The notes under the pieces: generated by a model
What the model was told of the DNA's origin: nothing
The model's input: the letters and a program-made list of their open reading frames with translations, nothing else
Database searches by the model: none
Source of the DNA: Eubacteriales bacterium
Lineage (GTDB): Bacteria > Bacillota > Clostridia > Oscillospirales > RGIG5299
DNA length: 48,391 bases
Assembly (NCBI GenBank): GCA_045648325.1
Contig: JAZRNU010000031.1
Span: forward strand, 1 to 48,391
Direction of reading: 5' to 3'
In this document: positions 19,546 through 27,192 of the stretch, piece by piece
Numbering within the stretch: the first letter of the stretch is position 1
Layout: each line of letters begins with the position of its first letter
Position numbers and translations under genes: made by a program

Positions 19546-20226
19546 ATTATTATAAAACTCAAAACCTTCATAATCGTTGCGGCAATTGCCGCACTTTCAC
19601 TTCAAGGCGTTCCATTAGGCGCCACCGAAACGGCACCCGAAAGGGAAATCGACTTTTCAAAGCCGATGATTGCCCTTACCTTTGACGACGGTCCTTCAAA
19701 AAAAACAACCCCAACCGTTCTTGCGGCGCTGAAAAAGCATAACGTGCGCGCAACCTTTTTCGTGGTGGGCGAAAACGCGGCTAAAAATCCCGCACTTTTA
19801 AAGGAAATTTACGCCGCAGGCCACGAAATTGCAAACCACACCTACACCCACCCCAACCTGAAAGCTCTTTCGGAGGAAAAAATAAAAGATGAGCTTTTGA
19901 AAACCGACAAGATAATTTGCGAAATAACCGGCTATACACCACTTGTAATCCGCGCGCCGGGCGGTAACGTTTCGGACACCGTTAAAAACGCCGATAATCG
20001 CCCCTTTATCTCCTGGACGGTTGACACCGAGGACTGGCGCTACCGCGACACCGAGAGAATTATCCGATATATTGAAACGGTGCCCCTTAAAGACGGCGAC
20101 ATTATCTTAATGCACGATATCCACGCAACGAGCGCGGAGGCGGTTGACCGCGTTATTGAGATTTTAAAGGAGCGCGGCTTTGAGCTTGTAACCGTTTCAG
20201 AGCTTTACCTCTTTAAGGAGTCATAA
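19546..20226 (+). CDS. secreted polysaccharide deacetylase (NodB/CE4 domain)
   Basis: NodB motifs TFDDGP, HEIANHTYTHP, RAPGG and LMHD. The first canonical start is the ATG at 19666. The in-frame upstream sequence IIKLKTFIIVAAIAALSLQGVPLGA is a classic signal peptide placed just after an AAGGAG RBS (19538-19543). That extension contains only ATT/ATT/ATA as possible starts (19546, 19549, 19552). The 3' end is secure and the 5' end is uncertain. Confidence 0.75.
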   Translation: MIIKLKTFIIVAAIAALSLQGVPLGATETAPEREIDFSKPMIALTFDDGPSKKTTPTVLAALKKHNVRATFFVVGENAAKNPALLKEIYAAGHEIANHTYTHPNLKALSEEKIKDELLKTDKIICEITGYTPLVIRAPGGNVSDTVKNADNRPFISWTVDTEDWRYRDTERIIRYIETVPLKDGDIILMHDIHATSAEAVDRVIEILKERGFELVTVSELYLFKES

Positions 20227-20265
20227 AAAAGAGAGGCGGCGCATATTCTTTAGCGGGTGAAGAAT

Positions 20266-22371
20266 ATGAAAAGAAAGGTCGCTTTAACAGCCGTTGCCAT
20301 TATTACTGCGGCGGCACTAACCGTAATGATTTGTTTCTCGAAAAAGAACGGAGAGAGGATTGAAAAGGAGCCTTTAAAGGAGGAAAAGCCTCTTTTTGAA
20401 ACAACTGCGCCAAAGGCCTTTTCGGATAACTCCGTTTACAAAAACGGCGTGCAGACGGGTGCCGTATTTGATAACGAGCTTTCAGCGGAAAAGCTTGGCT
20501 ACTATAACAGCATCGGAATTAACTACGTTATAACCGAAAATATGGATGAAAACGCCGAAAATTATACAGTGAGTATAATTTTGATTAAAAAAGAGGGCGA
20601 AACGGCAAATGAAATTCTTAAAAAAGCAAGCTCGGGCGGTGTTTACCTTGCAAAGGACGAGATCGACGGTGCCTCACTGGAGTTTTTGGCAAACGAAAGC
20701 GGCAAGGCGGTTATAACGGAAAATGAAAGCGGGATCACTGTTTATGCAAACGGAGAAATACAGTGCCTTGCCTTGTGCGACGTTTTGTCGCTTTCGAAAA
20801 CCGAGGAGCTTCTTGACTTCTGGAGCGCGCAGTCCGATGAAATAAGGGGCATTGCCTTTACAAATCCTCAACGGATTTTCGAAAACGATAACGCACTTGG
20901 CGACGCGGTCGCGTCGATTCTCATTCCGTCACTTCGCTACGATATGACGGCGCTTACCGTGGGCATTCCCTCAAAGCGCACCTTTTCCACAAAATACGCA
21001 AACGTCTGGCTGGTTGGCGGCTCAAACCCGAGCTATCCGCTTTATTTAAACGGCAAGGAGGTAAACCGCACCTCAAACGGGCTTTTTTCGGTAAAGGTTG
21101 AGCTGACTTACGGTAAAAACGAAATCATTTTATCAAACGGAGAGGAAGCTCTTACCTTTAACGTGACCACCTCGTCAAGCTACTACTCGGTTGAAAACAA
21201 GGCGTCGTCGCCCGAGTCGGCGGTGGGCAAAACCGCCGTAATCGACGGCAAGGCGTGTCCGCTTTTGTTTACGGAGGTGCCGATAAAATCAAACGAAAGC
21301 TCTGTTTACGCCCCCGACCTCGTTTCCGACGAAATAGTGGAAAGGCTTACTGCAAAAAACGAGCTAAACGGCAAAACCCTTGACCTTTACCGCCTTAAAT
21401 GCGGCTACTACGTTGAAACGAAATACGTCAGCGTAACGGAAGGGGAAATTTCGCAAAGCCAAACGGTTGACTCGTTGGAAATATCCCTTTTGGAAAACTG
21501 GCTTACCTTTTCCTTTTCAACGTCGGGAAACCCTTTTTTCACCGTTTACGGCGAAAACGGAGTGAGAATTGAAATTTTCGGAAGGGCAGAGGAGTGCTTT
21601 TTGCTTTGCGATCTGCCTCAAAACCCGATTTTTGAAACGGCGGCGGTCGAAAGGCTTGAAGAAAAAACGGTAATAAATCTTACCCTTAAAGAGGGCGCCT
21701 CGCTTTTCGGGTGGGATAGCTTTTACAGCGAAAACAAGGCGGTAATAAAATTTCGGCTCCCCAAAAGACTTGCAGAAGGTAATAAACCCCTTTCAGGCAT
21801 TACTGTAATGCTCGATGCGGGCCACTCAAACAACTACGGCGGCACCCAAGGTCCCGATTACCCCTACGATTTAAAGGAGCGCGAGCTTACCTATAAGGTG
21901 GCAACGGTATGCAAAGGCTATCTTGAGGAGCTTGGCGCAACGGTAATTTTATCGCGCGATGAAACCACCACCGAAATACTTTACGCCTCGGAGGTAAAAA
22001 CGTGGTATCACCCCTCGGGGGCAGATATCGGCGTATCAATACATTTTAACGCCCTTACCGAAACGGCAAACTCCCTTTCGCGAAGCGGCGTGCTCACCAT
22101 CTATTCAAACTCCCACTCAAAGCTGCTTTCCGACACGGTGGCAAAAAACACCTCGCTCTATGCCAACCGACCCTTTAAGGCATCTTCAAAAAGCGATTAC
22201 ATAATCTGCCACCTTTCCTATCTTCCTTCAATTATAATAGAATGCGGTTATTTAACAAACGTCTTTGAGTACGATTGGTTTTTAAAGGAAGAAAACGTAG
22301 ATTGGTTCGGGGCGGCGCTTTCAAGGTCGGTTTACGATTATTTTGCCCTGCAGGACGCCCTTTGCCGATAA
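20266..22371 (+). CDS. membrane-anchored N-acetylmuramoyl-L-alanine amidase (C-terminal Amidase_3 domain)
   Basis: N-terminal TM helix (VALTAVAIITAAALTVMICF). The C-terminus has VMLDAGHSNNYGG...ERELTYKVA...VILSRDE...VSIHFNA, typical of Amidase_3. The central ~450 aa is not recognised. The track start is the GTG at 20257. Confidence 0.75.
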   Translation: MKRKVALTAVAIITAAALTVMICFSKKNGERIEKEPLKEEKPLFETTAPKAFSDNSVYKNGVQTGAVFDNELSAEKLGYYNSIGINYVITENMDENAENYTVSIILIKKEGETANEILKKASSGGVYLAKDEIDGASLEFLANESGKAVITENESGITVYANGEIQCLALCDVLSLSKTEELLDFWSAQSDEIRGIAFTNPQRIFENDNALGDAVASILIPSLRYDMTALTVGIPSKRTFSTKYANVWLVGGSNPSYPLYLNGKEVNRTSNGLFSVKVELTYGKNEIILSNGEEALTFNVTTSSSYYSVENKASSPESAVGKTAVIDGKACPLLFTEVPIKSNESSVYAPDLVSDEIVERLTAKNELNGKTLDLYRLKCGYYVETKYVSVTEGEISQSQTVDSLEISLLENWLTFSFSTSGNPFFTVYGENGVRIEIFGRAEECFLLCDLPQNPIFETAAVERLEEKTVINLTLKEGASLFGWDSFYSENKAVIKFRLPKRLAEGNKPLSGITVMLDAGHSNNYGGTQGPDYPYDLKERELTYKVATVCKGYLEELGATVILSRDETTTEILYASEVKTWYHPSGADIGVSIHFNALTETANSLSRSGVLTIYSNSHSKLLSDTVAKNTSLYANRPFKASSKSDYIICHLSYLPSIIIECGYLTNVFEYDWFLKEENVDWFGAALSRSVYDYFALQDALCR

Positions 22372-22418
22372 ATGTCGCACATTTTTACATTTAATTTACA
22401 TAAAATGAAAAATAATAC

Positions 22419-22447
22419 TTGCAAAGACGGTTGGCATAATGTATAAT
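22419..22447 (+). promoter_or_regulatory. strong sigma-A-type promoter for the EF-G-like gene
   Basis: TTGCAA (22419-22424), a 17-nt spacer, then TATAAT (22442-22447) preceded by TG (extended -10). Confidence 0.6.
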
Positions 22448-22536
22448 ATTTCTATAAATGTCTTTTCGTTTTGTAAATGTTGCACAAACGTTTTTAAAAG
22501 CTCAAAACGAAAGAAAATCAAAAAGGAGTGTAAACC

Positions 22537-24609
22537 TTGAACTATCTTGAAACAAACAAAATCCGCAACGTCGTGCTGCTCGGTAAGGGCGGCGCAGGCA
22601 AAACATCTCTCGGTGAGGCTATGCTTTTCGTATCGAAAGCTACCGACAGGTTGGGAAAGATAGCAGAGGGAAACACCGTTTCCGATTACGACAGTGAAGA
22701 AATCAAAAGAAAGTGTTCGGTTTCCGCATCGGTTTTGCCGATTATGTGGAAGGAAAGTAAAATAAATATTATCGACACCCCCGGATTCTTCGATTTTGAA
22801 GGCGAGGCTGTGCAGGGCATCCGTGCCGCCGAATCGGCAATAATTTGCGTTTCGGGCAAAAGCGGCATCGGCGTTGCAACCGACAGAGCCTTTAACCTCA
22901 CCAAGCGTATCGCGATGCCTCGTGCTTTCTTCATCAATAAGCTTGACGACCAGAACGCCGACTTCTTTAAGGTGCTTGCACAGCTTAAGGATAAATACGG
23001 CAGCAAGGTTGTTGCAATGCAGATCCCGATTATTGAGGACCGTCAGTTAAAGGGCGTTTACAACGTTGTTGAAATGAAGGCATACGTTACCGACGAAAAG
23101 GGTAACCGCACCGAAATAGAGGTATCCGACGAGATAAAGGCAAAGGCAGAGGAATGCAGAAGCGAAATAAACGAGGCGGTTGCCGGCGCGAGCGAGGAGC
23201 TTATGGAAAAATTCTTCGGCGGCGGAGAATTTACCAAGGAAGAAACGCTTAAAGGGCTTCTTCACGAGCTTGTTGCGGGTGCGATCTATCCCGTTTTGTG
23301 CGGCTCGGCATTTTCGCTTTGCGGCGTTTCGGCAGCACTTGATATAATCGAGGGATTCTTCCCCTCTCCCGCAGAAAAGCCCGAAAGTGCGGCTTTCCCC
23401 GATAAAGAAGAGAAGATGGTCGATTACGACGAAAGTAAGCCCTTCTCCGGCTACGTTTTCAAAACCATTGCCGACCCGTTTGTTGGCAAAATGTCGTTTA
23501 TCAAGGTTGTAACCGGCGCACTTTCGCCCGATACCGCAATGGTAAACTTCCGCACGGGCGAGGCTGAAAAGGTTGGCAAGATGTTCTTTGTAAGAGGCAA
23601 AAAGCAGGTCGATGCCGCTAAGGTCGGCGCAGGCGATATTGCCGTTATCACAAAGCTTTCGGGAACCTTAACGGGTGATACCCTTTGCGCTCCCGGCAAT
23701 CTGCTTGAATACAGAAAGATAGCATATCCCAACCCCTGCCTTTCAATGGCAGTTTTACCCAAGGCAAAGGGCGACGAGGAAAAGATCTCCTCCGGTCTTT
23801 CAAAGCTTAAAGACGAGGACCTCACCTTCAGCCTTGTAAACAACACCGAAACACATCAGATGGTAATTTCGGGTCTTGGCGAAACCCACATCGACGTGCT
23901 CGTTTCCAAGCTCAAAAATAAATTCGGCACCGAGGTTCTTCTGGAAGCTCCCAGAGTGCCTTACCGTGAAACCATTAAGAAAAAGGTAAAGGTACAGGGC
24001 AAGCACAAGAAACAGTCGGGCGGCCACGGTCAGTACGGCGACGTATGGATAGAGTTCCAGCCCAACCCCGAGTGCGAGGAAATGGTCTTTGACGAGGCAG
24101 TTTTCGGCGGCGCAGTTCCCAAAAACTTCTTCCCCGCAGTTGAAAAGGGACTTCGCGAGTGTATGCAAAAGGGCGTTTTGGCGGGCTACCCCGTTGTAAA
24201 CGTAAAGGCAACTTTGGTTGACGGCTCTTATCACGACGTTGACTCCTCTGAAATGTCATTTAAGATTGCGGCATCTATTGCCTTTAAAGAGGGTATCTCG
24301 CAGGCAATGCCGGTAATTCTCGAGCCTATTGGAAATCTTAAGGTTTCTGTGCCCGATTCAATAATGGGTGACGTTATAGGCGATATAAACAAGCGTCGCG
24401 GCAGAGTGCTTGGCATGACTCCCTTTGAGGACGGAATGCAGATAGTTGAAGCCGAGGTTCCCATGGCAGAAATGGCTTCTTATGCTATTGACCTTCGTTC
24501 AATGTCGCAGGGCGCTTCCTCCTTCGTGCTTAAATTTGAGCGCTACGCCGAGGCACCTGCAAACGTTTGCCAGGCAGTAATCGAAGAAGCAAAGGCATTA
24601 CAGCAGTAA
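22537..24609 (+). CDS. EF-G-family translational GTPase (EF-G2-type paralogue)
   Basis: 690 aa. TTG start 8 nt after AAGGAG. G1 is GKGGAGKTS, G3 is DTPG, G4 is NKLD. EF-G domain III/IV/V sequences are present (HGQYGDVWIE, GAVPKNFFPAVEKG, DGSYHDVDSSEMSFKIAA). Confidence 0.85.
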   Translation: MNYLETNKIRNVVLLGKGGAGKTSLGEAMLFVSKATDRLGKIAEGNTVSDYDSEEIKRKCSVSASVLPIMWKESKINIIDTPGFFDFEGEAVQGIRAAESAIICVSGKSGIGVATDRAFNLTKRIAMPRAFFINKLDDQNADFFKVLAQLKDKYGSKVVAMQIPIIEDRQLKGVYNVVEMKAYVTDEKGNRTEIEVSDEIKAKAEECRSEINEAVAGASEELMEKFFGGGEFTKEETLKGLLHELVAGAIYPVLCGSAFSLCGVSAALDIIEGFFPSPAEKPESAAFPDKEEKMVDYDESKPFSGYVFKTIADPFVGKMSFIKVVTGALSPDTAMVNFRTGEAEKVGKMFFVRGKKQVDAAKVGAGDIAVITKLSGTLTGDTLCAPGNLLEYRKIAYPNPCLSMAVLPKAKGDEEKISSGLSKLKDEDLTFSLVNNTETHQMVISGLGETHIDVLVSKLKNKFGTEVLLEAPRVPYRETIKKKVKVQGKHKKQSGGHGQYGDVWIEFQPNPECEEMVFDEAVFGGAVPKNFFPAVEKGLRECMQKGVLAGYPVVNVKATLVDGSYHDVDSSEMSFKIAASIAFKEGISQAMPVILEPIGNLKVSVPDSIMGDVIGDINKRRGRVLGMTPFEDGMQIVEAEVPMAEMASYAIDLRSMSQGASSFVLKFERYAEAPANVCQAVIEEAKALQQ

Positions 24610-24625
24610 AAAATAACTAAAAGTA

Positions 24626-24663
24626 ACAAACCCCCTTTGCCCAAACGGGCAAAGGGGGTTTGT
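24626..24663. terminator. bidirectional intrinsic terminator between convergent genes
   Basis: Stem ccccctttgccc / gggcaaaggggg with loop aaac, flanked by A-runs and T-runs on both sides. Confidence 0.8.
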
Positions 24664-25832
24664 TATTCTGCTTCGAGCTCGTATTCAAATTTATAAATTT
24701 CGTAATAAAAATCATCGTTGCCGAAGTCAAGATACGGATATATTATTCCATACTCGGAAATTAATATGTTTTCATTTCGTGTCAGTCGCAGTGTCGGAGG
24801 AAAGGTGTGTTTTCCTACCGGAACGTTTGCAATATAATCCCATACCGCAATACCGTCGATTTCCCAGGAGCTATTTTCAAAATAATAATAAATATATCTG
24901 TCGTCAATATCTACAATTTGATAGAAAATATCTCTGGGTAAATCCAATTTAACTCCGTTAGCGAAAGGCGACGTTGCAACATAAATATATCTGTCGAACT
25001 TTACAAATACCCCTTCTTTTTTATTCTCATATATGCCAAACGTCGCATTGCCATATCCGCTATCACTTAACAATTTTGTTTCTTTTGTTGAAAGGTCATA
25101 CAAAAGGCTTATGCCTGCAGAATCTTTTTTAATTGTATAGTGAATAACACCCTCTCGGAAAAAGTAGAAATTTTCTTCTATGTTTTTTAAAATAACCTCT
25201 GATTTTCCCGTTTCTTTGGATACCTTTAACAATGCATTAAATTTTTTCGGCTCATCTATATATCCGATTTCGGGGTCCGTTTCGGATTCAGTATAATCAC
25301 TTACGTCTACCAACATATAAAGAAAATCTCCGTATGAAAGAAGCTTTTCAGGTTTTAAATAAAAATCATAACCGTTAATCTCGGATTCTTTTACCCACAT
25401 CTCGGTAATCTCGTTTCCGTCTAAGCTGACTTTATAAAACCTAATAGAATTAAGATATTGGGAGCATAAACAGTAAATCCATTCTCCGTCAACAACAAAA
25501 TCCGTTATGTGACCGTAGGTTTTGCTTAACAGCTCGGAAAATCTTGTATACGTCTCATTTACAACGTCATATCTTCCGAATCCGTTATCAAATTTGCCGT
25601 AAATGTATCCGTTATAATACAAAAAATTCATTCGACTCATATCGAGGTTCATAGTTTGAAAATAATTAACTCCGTACTTTATATTGTCGGAGGAGATACA
25701 GGGTGAAAAATTTATATAACTCGGTTCCGGCTCACTCGATGCAGGCTCACTTGAATTATTTTCCGTTACCGTGCAAGCGGTTGCTCCGAAAAGCAAAATA
25801 AATGCCGTAAGTAATGTGAGTAATTTTTTCAT
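24663..25832 (-). CDS. lipoprotein of unknown function (Tyr/Asp/Asn-rich, probable beta-propeller-like repeats), AT-rich gene
   Basis: Signal peptide plus lipobox (LLTAFILLFGATAC) and an AAGGAGGAAA RBS. It is visibly more AT-rich than its neighbours. No catalytic motif recognised. Confidence 0.6.
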   Translation of the reverse strand: MKKLLTLLTAFILLFGATACTVTENNSSEPASSEPEPSYINFSPCISSDNIKYGVNYFQTMNLDMSRMNFLYYNGYIYGKFDNGFGRYDVVNETYTRFSELLSKTYGHITDFVVDGEWIYCLCSQYLNSIRFYKVSLDGNEITEMWVKESEINGYDFYLKPEKLLSYGDFLYMLVDVSDYTESETDPEIGYIDEPKKFNALLKVSKETGKSEVILKNIEENFYFFREGVIHYTIKKDSAGISLLYDLSTKETKLLSDSGYGNATFGIYENKKEGVFVKFDRYIYVATSPFANGVKLDLPRDIFYQIVDIDDRYIYYYFENSSWEIDGIAVWDYIANVPVGKHTFPPTLRLTRNENILISEYGIIYPYLDFGNDDFYYEIYKFEYELEAE

Positions 25833-25993
25833 ATTGTTTTCCTCCTTATTCCGTAGTGTATTAAAATTTTTGAGGCTTTTTCCCCACTTCCATTATAACA
25901 CGCCACCCTCCACTCGTCAACACCTTTTTATTTTTACAAAAAAATTTCGGCATCTTGCACAAAAAGCAAAAGCACAATTTGTGCAAAATGACA

Positions 25994-26030
25994 AAACCCT
26001 CCACCCAAACGGGTAGAGGGTTTTTGTTTT
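25994..26030. terminator. hairpin terminator downstream of the URO-D-family gene
   Basis: Stem aaccctccaccc / gggtagagggtt with loop aaac, with T-runs on both strands. Confidence 0.6.
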
Positions 26031-26031
26031 A

Positions 26032-27024
26032 TTATTTATTTGCTGCTTTGAAAAACGCCTCGATATTTTCAAATATGGCGTGCGGCGGAATATCGCAGCC
26101 CGAGGATATTATAAAGTTTTTATGACCGCCGCATTCTGAAATAAGCTTATTGACCGCCGCCGTCATCGATTCCTTTGTGCCGCCCACAAACTCGGCTCCG
26201 GGGCTTATATTTCCCATAATAGGAAGATCAGACGGCATCTTTTCCAAAATTTCCTTTAAATTGAGGGCATCGCCGAAATGGCAGGCGGTGGCGCCAAGCT
26301 CCGCAATCGACTCTGTCATATATTCTGCCGACGCGCCGCAGTTGTGGTAGATCACAGCAAATTCGTCTGATTTAACGGCAGAAATTATCTCCTTAACGTA
26401 GGGATGCGAGAATTCGTCTGCAAGAGAGGGCGAAAGCACGCCGCAAAGCGGCTCGGCAATAACCACGCCGTCGGCGCCCGACGCCTTGAAGGCAAGCGCG
26501 TAGGAAATTAAAAATTCGGTTGCCTTTTGCAAAACGGCGGTAACCTTTTTTGGCTCGTCGTAGCAGTCAAACATCACGTTGTCAACCCCGATAATTCTTC
26601 CCGCAAGGGAAAAGGGGCCAATCATTCCCGCAAAAACGGGACGGTCTGTAATAAGCATTTTTGCCTTTTTCACAGCGTCAAGGTAAACGCCGGTGCGGCC
26701 ATCTCCGGTTTTCGGCGTTTTAAGAGAAAGAGCATCGCCGTTTGAAAAAACGGCGCCCTTAACAACGGTGGGCACCTCGTTTTCAGAGAAAACGATTTCA
26801 CAGCCAAAGGCTTCAGCCTCAACCGAAAGGTCCATCATCGAAACGGAGGCAAGGGCGTCAAACCTGTCGGCAATCGCCTTCATGCCGCGCGCCTGAAGCT
26901 CGGCGCTTTTAACGATATCGGAAACCGAAACCCCGAGAAGCGACGCCGAAGGAAAAGAAAGGATCGGCATTGGCTTTTTCCTAAAGGAGTTGACGGTTAA
27001 ATTAAAAAACTCGGTAATATTCAA
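26032..27024 (-). CDS. uroporphyrinogen decarboxylase (URO-D) family protein, MtaA/CmuA-like methyltransferase type
   Basis: 330 aa. TTG start after AAGGGGG. The overall pattern (MDLSVEAEAFGCEI, IGPFSLAGRI, VIAEPLCG, IYHNCG) resembles the URO-D/MtaA family. Substrate unknown. Confidence 0.6.
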   Translation of the reverse strand: MNITEFFNLTVNSFRKKPMPILSFPSASLLGVSVSDIVKSAELQARGMKAIADRFDALASVSMMDLSVEAEAFGCEIVFSENEVPTVVKGAVFSNGDALSLKTPKTGDGRTGVYLDAVKKAKMLITDRPVFAGMIGPFSLAGRIIGVDNVMFDCYDEPKKVTAVLQKATEFLISYALAFKASGADGVVIAEPLCGVLSPSLADEFSHPYVKEIISAVKSDEFAVIYHNCGASAEYMTESIAELGATACHFGDALNLKEILEKMPSDLPIMGNISPGAEFVGGTKESMTAAVNKLISECGGHKNFIISSGCDIPPHAIFENIEAFFKAANK

Positions 27025-27192
27025 AATAAAAACCCCCTTTATATTATATATTATATCATATTATAAATGGCGGATTCTATAACTTTATGCCGATTTTTGT
27101 AAAAATCGTATTGAGTTTGGCGGTAGTTTGGATTGATTTTCATCACGGGATATGATAAAATATCTAAAAGGCAATCTGAAAGGAAGAAAAAT

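Noticed and set aside
22448-22545. Candidate leader peptide (MSFRFVNVAQTFLKAQNERK...) upstream of the EF-G-like gene, as in attenuated resistance genes.
   Set aside because: No RBS precedes its ATG, and the frame runs into the main gene start. Only the RNA hairpin is retained as an observation.
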